Source: Hydrolagus colliei
Taxonomy: Eukaryota
DNA: 64,000 nt
Reading direction: 5' to 3'
Assembly: GCA_035084275.1 (NCBI GenBank)
Contig: CM068755.1
Location: 4,960,001 to 5,024,000, forward strand
A program made the translations under genes and the position numbers. The first letter of the stretch is position 1, and every line of letters starts with the position of its first letter. Shown here in pieces: positions 39,362-52,014 of the stretch. Under the pieces are notes generated by a model that did no database searches, was not told the DNA's origin, and worked only from the letters and a program-made list of their open reading frames with translations.

Positions 39362-40494
39362 TAATGGGGGGAACTTTTATGTCATGCACAACAGAGATCA
39401 AACCTTTCCCCGTGGCAAGGGAAGAATAATGGGACGTACAGTGCAATAACAACAAGTGCAACTTGCATTTAAGCTGATATCCTGAAAAACTTCATAGTGA
39501 ATTTCCGAGCATGGTGGTGCGTGGATGGGGGACAGAGGAAGTAATTAAAACCACGCTTGAAACGAAGAGTGTGAGATGGAGGTATTTGGGAGGAAGAGAG
39601 AGTTATCTTTGTGGCTGAAAGTGCCAAGTAGCTATTTAGCAGCAGCTGGCTTGAAAGCAGCATTGATGAAGCTACTGAACATTCCAATGTTCCTTCCCCC
39701 AGTACTGCACTGGAGTGTCAGCCTGGACTAGAGTTAAAAGCCTTGATACAGTATTTGAATCCATGACTTTCTGATTCAGAGTCAAGTGTGCTACCCAACG
39801 GAGCCAGGCTTGAAATGAGTGATGGTGGAATTAAAGGGCAAAAATCACTCAATAGAAACATTAATTCCAATCATCCTAACGGTAGCTAAAAGAAAAATAA
39901 TAATGCTTGCATTTGATGTGGTGCCTTTCAGGTCAGGTGGACGCCTTCACAGGATTTATTGCACACTGTGACTACTGTAAGCAAACGCGGCAGACAATTT
40001 AACACACAACCGAATCCCGCAAACAGCCATGAGCTGAATGATGGATTTTATCTGGCTGGGGAAGTCTATCAGTTTTGGAAGACCCTTTAATGTCAGGCGA
40101 TAAAGCTACAAGATTGAGAGGCGCCAGAAGAAGAATGGGGTTGAGCTGCTGTATGTGTGAATGTTTGTGCGATTGTTCCATTATTTATAAATCTAACAGC
40201 TGGTTGCGGGACCAGATGAAATCCTATCTGGGCAAGGGCAGGCCAGAGCCTCATTTGTCTTGTATGGTGTGACACCCTCAGTCCATTTAAAGCTTCCAAA
40301 TGAACTCGTAGAGCTTCGTAACACTCCTGTGGCCGTCACTTTAATGGACAGAAGCAGGGATATCAAATCAGAATCGTTTAACTCTTTGTGAAAATGCTTT
40401 TCCTCTGTGGGTTTGTGACAAATCTGAAAAATCTGGCATCAAACTCTGAAAGACAAATCCGGGTCACAGGGTTCGGTTCAGTTAGTCATTATTA

Positions 40495-40860
40495 TTAATA
40501 ATTCTCACATTTGTTTTAGCACCGTTCACATCAGGAGCGTATCTCAAAGCACATTATAGGATTTACTGTGAAGCATTAGCGACTGTGTAGTTTGCAGCCG
40601 AATGTCACAGCCAATTTGCTCACAGTAATGGCCCACAAGCAGCTATGAAGTGAATGATTACATTCATCTGGGTATTGTTTGCCACTTGAACACGCAGGAG
40701 GACCTCAGTTTTTAACACCTCGTCCGATGGCAGCTCCGACAATACTGTACAGCATAGATCGGCAGCCTAGACTATGTGATCCAAAATTCCTGGCGTGAGT
40801 GTTGAGCCCAAAACCTCCTGACCCAGAGGTGAGAATGCTCCATACTGGGTCAGGCTGACA
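40495..40860 (-). mobile_element. Older Deu-core SINE with a degenerate tRNA-like head
   Basis: Antisense tail, cacttgaaca.gcag..gacctcagttttaaca.ctcgtccga.ggcagctccgacaat core, and ctgacccagaggtgagaatgct head. Similar relics lie at about 32530-32870, 36765-37000, 38300-38580 and 39690-40100. Confidence 0.65.
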
Positions 40861-43556
40861 TCAAAGAACACGTATCCAATGGAAGCTAGTTGAAAGTTTT
40901 TAAAAATAATTTTGTTGGCTTTTGTTCAAGAAACAAATGAACAAAGTATTAAAGTTGGCGGTATCCTTCACTGTTTGATTGAGCTTCAAGCTCTCTCTCT
41001 CTCTCTCTCTCAGCATTCTGCTCCCAGCCTCAAAAGGCAATTAAGCAAATGATTATTGCAGCCGTATTATTTACTCTCTGTTGTTAATTCTGAACTGTAG
41101 CCCTTGTAATGTCTATAAATCAAAATGTCCAATATCAGTGCTGACTTAAGTCTATGTGATCCCAGGTCACTGCATTGATTCAGCCATCATTCGGACTGTG
41201 TATGAATGTAGTTAACCTGCTCTAGTTTATATTTATAGCCTCTGGTCATCTTTTGCTTTGTCTCAGGGAGTGCAATGTACCTACAACTACAGAATCAATT
41301 TCACATTCAATAGTTCTTATTACTGTAACTGCCCTAAGTCCTACCAACTAGTTAAAAAATAGAGAACCTTCCTCCGTCAGGGCTGGTGATCCATGTTTAT
41401 CAAAATAACAACATTAAGCACTTTGTACATTTTATTTTACCAGATCATCAGTTTCAGTGTGTTTCTCAGCCAAGGAGAGGCATTGCCTCTGAGCTCAGCC
41501 CTGTGCGCGATCTCAGTGTTTCTGAATGATGATGTATTATTGAACGCTCTTGAGTACGGGGCTCTAGGTATCAGAGATATTAAGAGGCACAAAAATATGC
41601 TAATTTATATCAGATTTGGTGGAACGACAGTGCAGCTGTATGGAGGTCTAGCATTCATCAAGCGCTCTGGGGCGCTATCATGCGTGAGGGGTGCAAATTT
41701 AACCCAAGTTGGTTCTTGTTGATCTGTCATAACCTCATGAGACATCTATACCTCTTGGATAGTAACCCGACTGGCTTGAGGCATGGTCTTTGGCATTTTA
41801 AGAACATTTGAGACTCTGCATCGACAGAGACGCCGTCCTTTGACAGAGACTTTAAACCTTGAGTTCTGGTACCGTGAGAAAACTAACCAGATAAAGCTGC
41901 TGAGATCTGGGGTAGGTTTTCCTCGATTGTGCTTCCCGTGTCTTTGGCTGTGGGATGGAAAGGGTTCCCGAACCAGAGCTGGATGAAGGGGGCGGTCGGG
42001 TCGTCATAGGACAGCCAAGCATTCCAGCACCTGTTTACAAACGCCCAGACCGTCCGGTCAACACCCCATTCTGATCCCGTTGGAGCCAGTCCAGAAATAC
42101 TAAGAATAATTAGCGACAACTGCAGGGCTCATGTGTCGGGCTTTAGCTGAGAGATGGACAAGTGTAAATTCCACATTTGTCAAAGGCACCACCACCAACC
42201 TAGCACAACTGCAGTCATCCTTAACATCTGCCTTTATAGAACTGCCTTGTCGATCCACCAAATCTGGAGCTCTTAACCTTTAGTGTCCCTTAATGTCTCT
42301 GATATTTGGAGATCCTTGTATCCGGATCCACTAAAGGTAAATAATACATGGGCCACAGCTAATGGGAGGCATTGATCTGCAGTTTATTGAACAACTCATT
42401 TCCCATCCAATTGTTTCTTCCCCTATCTGGTCGCCTTCATTCTTTGGCCACCTCGTCATCCCTCTTAAAAGACGTCCTGCTGACTGGAAGCTTCATAATT
42501 CAAGAGGAAAACAAATGAATCTTGCTTCTCTTTTAATGAGTCTATAGTAAAAAAAACTTAATCGTGGAAAGATTCTATCTGCAGTTTGATTTGTGGCTTA
42601 TATTGTCTTTTAATGTATGAGACTGCGATATTTATGTGTAAGTAATGTCCCAAAACATAAGGGGTCTACCCGGCTTAGTGGTAGCTCTCTCACCTCCCGA
42701 GTTAGAAGGTTTTTTTCCTGGCCAACAATCTCCTCAATATATGAAGAAAGTCATTCACTTCATGGCTGTTTGTGGAACTGATATGTGCAAATTGGCTGCT
42801 GTGTTTATTACCTTTTACAGTGAAATTCTGTGAAACCCTTTTGAGATGTTTCAATGTGGCGGTATATCAAATGCAAGCGTTATTTATATATTGGACAGAG
42901 TACAAGAAGATCTGAATAGAAGAATTGAACAATCAGGTAGAGAAAGCTGAGACACGATCTTACAAAGGAGATTTTTCTCCACTCCCTGTCCCTAAAATGG
43001 ATTGAATTTTCTTTTCAAAGTCAACTTCAGGGTGCTGATTTGGATTGCTGAAACATCACGTGAAATAAGGCTTGCGTTTTATTTCCTCCTGGAGTGTAAC
43101 AGATGAGATTAGAAGTGATTCTTTTGAAGTTGCTATTCAGATTTCAGGTGCTTTCGGAAAATGTAATGCTTCAGTGTTCAATTTCAGAGGCACAGCTATA
43201 ATTTGAAATAAAAGGAATGAAAAGATTCGGGTTTATTCTGCCCCATGTAGCAGAATCACTGAAATGCAAGTAGCGAGATTCAAGTATAGACCTTATTTTC
43301 TCATTAATAACTATTATTTATTATTATTGTGTTTATTATTTTAAATCCATTATTTATTGACAAATGTTGGTGAATAATTTGCTAAACTCCACCACCACCA
43401 CCCCCCCTTCCACACCCTCCTCACTACCACCACCCCATAGATCGGAGCTGAGGAGAGCACTTTGACATAATTGTGTCTGTCGATTTCAATTTGAACCTGT
43501 AGAACTCAGTGGAACTAACTGAGAAGCAGATTGCAGGCTTCACTTCTCCCCTCCTG

Positions 43557-43557
<1 letters not shown>

Positions 43558-43594
<37 letters not shown>
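43558..43594. repeat. (CT)18 microsatellite
   Basis: Direct reading. Confidence 0.95.
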
Positions 43595-43596
<2 letters not shown>

Positions 43597-43983
43597 GTCT
43601 TCTCTCCCTCTGTTCCTCTTGTGCTATTGCTGGGAGTTGTGCAAGACCGAGCTGCCCCAGCCTTTTCCCAGCGCAACGACTCAGTCCAGGGCAGGTGGCC
43701 ACCTTATGTAGCAGAGCAGATGAATTGCCTACCTCATTATTAATAACTCCAGCATAAATGATGGCCAGTTGGAGGTATTTGAGAGCACTGGTGGAGTCTT
43801 AACCCCAGTAAACAATGAGGCGCTAACAAAAAAAGGGTCAAATAAGATAGTCAGTGAGCAAAAACAATAAAACAACTGAAGGATACAGGAGATGACAAAC
43901 GTGGGTGGAATTTCGCACTGTTTCTTAACTGTGAAATCTGGAAGTGCTTCATGCCAATTCACAGGAATAATAATAATATTGGT

Positions 43984-44328
43984 AATAATGATCCTTGCAT
44001 TTGATATAGCGCCGTTCATATTTTCTAGATGTCTCAAAGCGCTTCACAGAATATACTGAAAAGTGAATTGACTGTATGTTTGTAGGCGAAATAGGGCAGC
44101 CAATTGCGCACAGCAGTGTCCCACAAACAGTCGTGGATTGAAATGACCAACTTCTTCTTGTTTTTTTATTTTTGAGGGATTATTATTAGGTGTGTGGAGT
44201 AGGGAAACTTGCCCACGTTTTTGCCCCGGAATTGATCCCAGGTCTTACGCTTGTATCAAATGCAGGGATTCTTCTTATTATTATTATCATTACTGTAAGG
44301 CGAGTGCTCTAACCCCTGAGCTACAGGA
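43984..44328 (-). mobile_element. SINE family A, full length, with a short sense SINE tail inserted in the head
   Basis: Consensus-like; cgcttgta | tcaaatgcagggattctt...cattac | tgtaaggcgag. Confidence 0.88.
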
Positions 44329-45202
44329 TTTGCAGTTCCATCAAGTTTGCGAGCGAGCTTCATTCATAACCGATATGACGCGCCTCTGGATACCTGACGG
44401 ATTTCTTAGTTAAGAAATCCCGTTCGGAAATAGCGCAAAATTTACCTGAAGTGAAACAAAAAGCCGTGAATCCAAGTGTCCAGCCTGAAGGGAACTTGAC
44501 GAGACGATTGAAAGCAATGAAGGTGACAGGGATGGAAATTGATTTTAAACTTGGCCACCTCAGCATCGCAGGCAGCTGTTCAAGTGGTAATTGTTATTCT
44601 ACAGTATTTTTTTTTATCCGTCAAGTACACGTGTCACTATCCGTCACAAGTAACAGGTTTTGAAGGATCCATTCAGTGGCACAATCACTCGCATGTGAGG
44701 TTTACCTGAGGCCCTACGGTGATGGGAGAACAAAACAAGTGTCAGCCTGGCTCAGTTGAAGCACTCTCTGCTCTTGGGCCAAAAAGCTGTGTGTTCAGGT
44801 CCTACGTTGAACTCCAATGGTTTTGTCCACATATATCCAGTCAATTTACTTTATATTATATTCTGTGAAGCATTTCGAGAACTCTAGAAGACATGAAAAG
44901 CACTATTAAATTCCAGGATTCTTATTGTTATGGTGTATGACATTCCAATGCAGTGCTGGGGGTGCACTAAAAATACAATTAATTGGCCCTTCATTCACTT
45001 GAAATGTGCTACATCAAATATATGTTTGTTTTTATTTTACTGGAATGAGGGAGGTAACGATCAAGCATATATATGCTCAGGATTTACTTCACTGTTGAAT
45101 GATATAGCATCTCATCACCTTTCAGTACCATTCAGGATTCAGTAAATGGACAATGAGAAGATCAGCCTTGATGCCAAGTCTTCCACCTCTATTGTCTTCC
45201 AG

Positions 45203-45386
45203 GGACACCAGTGAACCGGATTCCGATCATGGCCAAGCAAGTATTAGACCTGTACATGTTGTACAAGCTAGTCACAGAGAAGGGCGGCTTGGTGGAAGTC
45301 ATCAACAAAAAGATTTGGAGAGAAATCACAAAAGGCCTCAACTTACCTACCTCAATTACTAGTGCAGCCTTTACACTCAGGACACA
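45203..45386 (+). CDS. ARID3B: ARID3B exon: (G)TPVNRIPIMAKQVLDLYMLYKLVTEKGGLVEVINKKIWREITKGLNLPTSITSAAFTLRT(Q), ARID core
   Basis: cttccag acceptor, 184 nt, CA|gtaagt donor; near-invariant ARID3 helix-turn-helix region. Confidence 0.98.
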
Positions 45387-46083
45387 GTAAGTACAGCAAC
45401 GCTGCACCAATACATTTCAGCCCCAGTGCAGCTCACGAAAGGTGCCCTGGGGATGAGGGGCAGGAATGGAATCAGCTAATACCAGGGGAGAGTATGACAA
45501 TGAGCTGCTCACACCAGCAAGTGGGAATGTTCTGAGGGGTATGATGTAATCAGCGACATTCAGTCCATTATTCAAGCCAAGCAAAGAGTGGACCATTTCA
45601 TTTACTATAGTTAGTTTTTAAATAGAGTTTGCGAGAAGAGGTGGGAGGCACGACACACATCTTTGGCTAAATGTCTAGCAGTCACACGACTTGTTCCCTA
45701 TGGTTTAAGAGGCCCTCCTGGCAGAATCAATCGGGTTGCTTCAAAGGGAGACAGGTAAATACTTGGGGAAATAGTATATCGACGGATATGGAGAAAGGGC
45801 AGGATTCAAAGACCGGTTGTGATCTAATAAACTGCTGGAACCGGCTCAATGGGCTTCCTGTGAACACGGGACTCCAAAAGCCTTGGGAATTCCATCTTGG
45901 GAATGCCACTGCGGGGGCAGATTGGGTCGGGGAAGAGTTTCCGTGTGTCCGTTTGGTCGGTTAACGAACTGATTCCGTGATAACGAATCCCAACTAGGAA
46001 ATGCCGCGAATTAGAGCCCAACGTTCTGAAGCGGAGCTCATTGTCCACTGTGTCTCTACACCGCTCTCTTGCTTCTCCGGCAG

Positions 46084-46331
46084 ATATATGAAATACCTCT
46101 ATCCGTATGAATGTGAAAAAAAGTCCCTCAGTTCCCCTGCGGAGCTGCAGGCAGCAATCGACAGCAATAGGCGAGAGGGCCGAAGGCCAAGTTACAGCTC
46201 TGCCCTTTTCGGCTACCCCACTGGCTCAGGCCACACGCTGTTGTCCACACCCAAGCTTCACCTGTCTGCAATGAACATTCCTGCCACCAATGGTACCCAC
46301 TCCTCTCCGGGGAGGCAGGCCATCAAAAAAG
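46084..46331 (+). CDS. ARID3B: ARID3B exon: YMKYLYPYECEKKSLSSPAELQAAIDSNRREGRRPSY...QAIKK, end of the extended ARID
   Basis: ccggcag acceptor, 248 nt, AAG|gtacgt donor; lies within ORF 46001..46423. Confidence 0.97.
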
Positions 46332-46631
46332 GTACGTGCTTGTTCTTCTGTGTTGTTCCTACCCACCTCTGCCAATCGAATGTTGGCGCCTTGGGACGTC
46401 TTCCCGACGGTATACAAATGTAATTTTATTGTTGTTGGTGTAAGCGCTCTGTGATGCTTCCCTCATGAAAGGCGCTGTGTAAATACAAGTTGTCGTTGTT
46501 GATTCCGACTAGCTTTTTCCAAATAGCGATTGAGGTGCACTGTTAATCAATAGGGTATTAATCGAGTTGCTGATCAGTTCATTATCAGCACAGACTCAGT
46601 GGTTTCACTCATTTTCAAATCTTTGTAATAT

Positions 46632-46836
46632 TAATAATAATCCTTGCATTTGATATTGCGATTGGCTGCCACGTTTCGCAGACAAATATACAGTCAATTC
46701 ACTTTACAGTATATTCTGTAAAGCATTTTGAGATGTCTAGAATATGTGGAAAGTGCTATATCAAATGCAAGGATTATTATTATTATTGCGTAATATCATG
46801 TCGTTGAGACGTCTCAAAAGGCTTCACGGAATATAC
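46632..46836. mobile_element. Plus-strand SINE 3' half (about 46661-46790) nested in a minus-strand SINE tail
   Basis: tattgcg is duplicated on both sides of the insert. Confidence 0.78.
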
Positions 46837-47689
46837 CAACGGACCGAATATTCTGTGTGTAAATTGTTCACCTGATTTTTACTTGCTTTAAGATAGTTAA
46901 CAAGACGCTGGAGAGGAAATCCCCTTCCCTCCTTCCTCTTCTCCCCCGCCCCCACTTTCTTGTAGGTGTGAAACTCCAGCGAGCCCGCACCACTTGTGAC
47001 ATTGCGTTCGGGTTGAAATTACTACAAGTGGAAAATCTTGCATTTGAACTGCAGATAAGATCTTGGTGCAAGGGTCACATTCAAACCACAGCACCTTCCA
47101 CAATGCAGAGTTCTCCCAATCTTAAAGCTTTGACTGCAGGCTCAAGCCCTACCGTGGGGTGCGAATCCACAAGCTTCTAACTCAGAGACGAAAGTGCTAG
47201 TAACTGAGTGGCACTGGCACAGAAAGACTGCAGGGAACGAAGGCAGCTGCAGCCCAAATGTACTCTACTCTGTCTTGGTAAAAGATTGCACAATGTGACC
47301 AAAGTATCTTTGGCGGGAGTTAGCAGCTCGGAATGCATAAACACGGCTTTGCACCTTTTTTGTGTGTCTTTTCCCTCAGAAATGCTCCGCTGTTCTGCAT
47401 TCCAGCTGTTAACATGTCTTTTTCACACCTGGCTGGGTGGGTTCTGCAGCCAATTACAGGTGTGCGGCTTTGATCTGTCGGATAATCCTCTTTAATCCTT
47501 TTTATGTTTCCTGTTCATCTCAAGAGAAAAATCCTCTTTTGGAGACTTTCAGATGATGCAATGGCATCGGTCCTTTTAACCCTAGTTACAGGGTAGTGAA
47601 GAGTTGAAACGGCCACATTCCCTTCAAAGCTGCGGTGGGTCACAAATATGCATTGCAGTGCTGTTGGCGATTTCACTTCAGCTTGATAA

Positions 47690-47926
47690 TAACAATAATA
47701 ATATTTGCGGGCAAAATGCAGCAGCCATTTGCGCACAGCAGTGTCCCACAAACAGTCATGGATTGAAATTACCAATCTTTTATAATAGGTTATTTTTAGA
47801 CGGATTATTATTAGGCGTGTGGAGTAAAGAAACTTGCCCAATGTTTCACCCTGAACTGCCTGGATTCGAAACACAGGTCTCACGTTTGTAAGGTGAGTGC
47901 TCTAACCACTGAGCTACAGGACTCCA
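47690..47926 (-). mobile_element. SINE family A (tail partly deleted)
   Basis: Core and head match the consensus. Confidence 0.85.
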
Positions 47927-48030
47927 AGTCCATGTTACTCATATGCCCATTACTCTTATGCCCATTCATGTGGTCGCACTTCGGGCCTAATATTCCATCT
48001 AATCTTATTCTGGAATTTTACTCTGGGGTC

Positions 48031-48330
48031 TGGAGCCCTGTAGCTCAGTGGTTAGAACGCTTGCCTTACAAGCGAGAAACCTGAGTACAATTTGCGGTCA
48101 GGGTGAAACCTTGGGCAAGTTTCCTTACTCCACATGCCTAATAATAAACTCTCAACAAATAATTTGGTTATTTCAATCCACAACTGTTTGTAGGACCCTG
48201 CTGTGCACAATTGGCTGCCGCTTAGCCTACAAAAATAGTTAGTCGATTCACTTTACAGGATATTCTGTGAAGCGCTTTCAGACATCTAGAAGACGTGAAA
48301 AGCACGATATCAAATGCAAGGATTCTTATT
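48031..48330 (+). mobile_element. SINE family A, full length, head-to-head with the previous copy
   Basis: tggagccctgtagctcagtggttagaacgcttgccttacaagcgag...caaatgcaaggatt. Confidence 0.88.
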
Positions 48331-48639
48331 CTAATATTACAATCACATAGAACGAAAGTCTGTGAATTCTGCCTTACTCTGGAAGCTGATCTTTTTCAAG
48401 AACTTCAGGAATTCTGGCTGCCAAATTCAAATTGAATTTTAAGAATTTGCTTGAATTCCGCAGTGCCTTAAATTTTAAGATAATATTGACTCACTGGCAA
48501 AAACCTGTGGAATTTCAAGCCAAGGGTGTATTATATATACAGTGCTGTAGCCTGGACAATTGCATTGCAGTAGGATGGGTGTTCTGAAATGGGCCAAAGT
48601 ACCATCTCCATCCAAATCTCTCTTGGGGTCATCTTCATA

Positions 48640-48875
48640 TGAAGAATGGTGGAAATCTGGAACTCTCCCCCCACAAAAGGCTGTGAATGCTGGATCCAAT
48701 TTGGATAAGATTTTCATGACTGGGGTAGGTAGATTTTTGTTAGGTCAGGGAAACGGGGATATGGAGCAAAGGCAGGTAAATAGAGTTGAGTTACAGATCA
48801 GCCATGATCTAATAGAATGGTGGAACAGGTTCGAGGGGCTGAATGGCCTTACTTCTGCTCCTATATTTCCTATGA
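48640..48875 (+). mobile_element. CR1-type 3' end, second family
   Basis: gtggaaatctggaactctc.cc.caaaaggctgtg.atgctgg...cagatcagccatgatct...ggctgaatggcct...cctatg. Confidence 0.75.
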
Positions 48876-48958
48876 ATGACGAGGAGTGGTCTATTGCTTC
48901 GTTTCTAAACATTGTGCGACTCTTTGACTTTGACTGTTTGCGTTTCTTTCTGTCCCAG

Positions 48959-49210
48959 AAGAGGGAGCGACGAGCTCTGGTTCAGTGCCAAACCGGATCC
49001 ACATCCCAGTCAGCCTCGCCGGCCACCACTCCGCAGCTCAGGCAATCACCCTGGAGCAGCTGAGGGAGAAGCTGGAGAGCGGACAGCCGCCCGAGAAGAA
49101 GATGGCCAGATTTGCCGAGGAACAGCACAGGATCATGCAACAAGCCTTGCAGCAGAACCTGTTTGCTATGGCCACCCACATGCCTATGAACATCAGAATC
49201 AATGGAAAAG
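48959..49210 (+). CDS. ARID3B: ARID3B exon: EEGATSSGSVPNRI...LEQLREKLESGQPPEKK...NIRINGK, REKLES-alpha region
   Basis: tgtcccag acceptor, 252 nt, AAG|gtaagg donor; contains the literal REKLES motif. Confidence 0.97.
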
Positions 49211-49318
49211 GTAAGGCCCACATCAGTTTGTTCCTTCACATTTTACGTCGGGAGAAGGGCCTTAAGGGAGGGAGGGGCAACACGTTAAGCAAGTTTGGAG
49301 AGGTGACCGAAGGCACAG

Positions 49319-49612
49319 TTGACTCGTGGTCACAGATTTAAAATAGTTTCAAAACGAAGCAGAGGGGAGCTGAGGAGAATTTTTTTCACTCAGCGGGTTG
49401 TTCAAATCTGGAATGCATTGCCTGAAAAGGTGGTGGAAGCAGATTCCATAACAGCTTTTAAAAGGGAACTGGATCTTTATTTAGGAAGAACAGGTCTGTT
49501 AGGTTATGGGGAGAAAGCTGGGCAGTGGGATTGAGTTGATCTGTTCAAAGAGTCGGCACAGACTAGATGGGCCGAATGGCCTCTTTTTGTGCCGTATAAT
49601 TCTATGATTCTA
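49319..49612 (+). mobile_element. CR1 3' fragment (young family), inserted in an antisense L2 relic
   Basis: TRGHRFKIVSKRSRGELRRIFFTQRVVQIWNALPEK...GQWD followed by the ttctatgattcta tail. Confidence 0.93.
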
Positions 49613-52014
49613 GGAAGTTTTGTTCAGGTGAGCCTCGGAGGAGGTGAAGGAAATAAAATTCCAAACCAGAAGAGAATTTTCCACGGTGTCCTGGCCAACT
49701 ATTCCCAGATAAAATGAGTCTTTCGCTCCACGCTTGTTTGCGGGACTTTGGTGCCTGAAGATTGCGATGGCTTTTGCCTACACCTGAAGACCTTTCATCG
49801 TTTTGGATACGACATCAGAACAAAGATAATTAGTTATTTACTGATTTATTACTGTTTAGTAAAAGAGCGGCCAGTTTCTTCTCTTAGATTGCCTTCCCCT
49901 CCTTTCCCCCCCCAACAAGCACACCACCAGCTCCAGGCTCTCTTCCTACAGCTTTCTATCTTATCTCTTTGGCAGAATGACCTTGGAATGATATGTGCAC
50001 AATATGAGTTTGTTTAATATCGCGTAGTAATCTTTCACTCAGAACAAACACCAGCGTAGCTTCACATAGTGCAAAATAACCTACTGCGGGCACGCCTTCA
50101 TCTTTGTCCAGACAAACTGTCCCAGGAGTTTAAAGGCTGTGATGCAGCATTAGCTGTGATTATAAGGTACAACCAGAAACCTTCAAGGTAATAATATTTG
50201 AATAATGTAATTTAGTTGTCAGTTGAAAGGTATATATTCCTGTAGAGCATTTCAGCCCCTCAGGCCTAGCAGCTTGATACTACGTTGGGGGAAGGGTTGT
50301 AAGTCTCTTGAGTGTAAATTCAGACACAAACTCAACCCTTAACCCCGTGACTGCCCGCAGGTCCACAGAACCTCCTGCCTCCCCAGTTTCATCAGTTCTG
50401 TCCATTTCCAGCTCACACTCTCTCGGAAAAAGTATGTGACTTCTGGCATATGAATTATCACGTGGATCAAAATTAATCAATACTACAACTGTTAATAATA
50501 AACCTAGCGTCCTATCACCTTATCAATACGTTGAGGTGTCTCAAAGCACTACACAGGATTTGCCGTAAAGGGTGGTGACTGTATTTGTCGGCGAACATAG
50601 CAGCCCATTTTCACACAGCTCTATCCCACAAACACCGTGAAGTGAACAGCCAATTTTATTTGGGGAGATTATTGGCCAGGACATTGGGAGATACTCCCTT
50701 CTTATAGTTATCGCTGTACTTATTGCTAGCCGCTGTGTGGGAGTGAGGGATAGACACATTTTGCCGGATTTTACTTGGTAAAACTCAACAGTTACTCCAG
50801 CGCATACTCTTGAATACTCTGCACAATTGTTTGTGGGCCTTGCGTTCTCCAGAATTGGGTAAACAGGATGCGTCTCTCTGGGGAGAGAATGCATATTCCA
50901 TGCTAGACGTACGGAAATTTCCATGTGTAAGTGGCGTATATGTGGACCTCTGTCTGGTTTGGACACTCTTAAGCATGGTGAGTTTTCACATGAGTACAGA
51001 CACCTGACAGCTGACAAAAGAAAAAGATGCTAAATGATGTTCCCACTCTCCCAAAAGCCTCAAGTTTGGCATTAGTTCTGGAGTAAGGGATGGGTTTCTG
51101 ATAAGGCGAGTCTGATCTGACCCAAGTTACCTCGCTGAAGAAAGAGAAGACAGGGTTTAATAGTTAATGACATGTTACATGGATCTCACTGGACATGGAT
51201 CTGCTTTTGGTGAGGCAGTGGTGGTAAGTGTGCTCATCGGGAGAGATATCGTAAGCTAGTTGAAGGTACAAAACCTTATTTCCAGTATTAATAAAGAGCC
51301 CAGTGACTCTGTGGTTGTTCTCCTGTCAATTTCAATGCGGAGCGTACAAAACCTGGATGTCAGCGAATCTTTGATGCCCCTATGTGGATGCTTTGTGAAG
51401 CGCAGTTGATGGGAATAATTTCTTCCCCCGTTCTATTTTAACACAATGCAAAATTAGATTTGTAAAACGCCTTTCACATCGGGAGGACATCTCAAGGCAC
51501 AAATGTTTAATTGTGACTACGATGACTGACCGGTATTTAAAGAGGCCGTTAAAAAATTGTATATTATAACCCACTCTGTGATCCTGAAATTGAGGCCAGT
51601 TCTTTCTCAATCTCATATAACACAGGAGAATAAAAGTTGAGAATTGAGAGACTTCTACACACCCACTGATTTCCGTTCTATTCTTTCACCCGACTCCTGG
51701 ATGTTTCAACACAGAAGCAGGACATTTAGTCTCAGTGGGTGTGCGTTCCTATCTCCCCCACCCTCCCACACACACACACAAAGTAAAAGCTTGGCATCAA
51801 ATTAACCACTGCATGATTGACAAGAGATAATCATCAATCCGCAAGCAAAAAATGTGTAGTCAGTATTTTAGGGATTTGCTTCACAGATCTAATGCAAAGC
51901 TGCACGATTATTAAGATCCTTGTACATAATATAGGCCATATGTCCTTCTCCTGTTACATTCTCATGTTTAGGGCTTGGACCCCACATTATAACAAGATGC
52001 ATTAAAAAAAAACT

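Noticed and set aside
49211-49341. In-frame read-through of the REKLES exon into the intron (43 extra aa)
   Set aside because: The donor AAG|GTAAGG is strong and the extension is made of L2/CR1 debris, so this is most likely chance.
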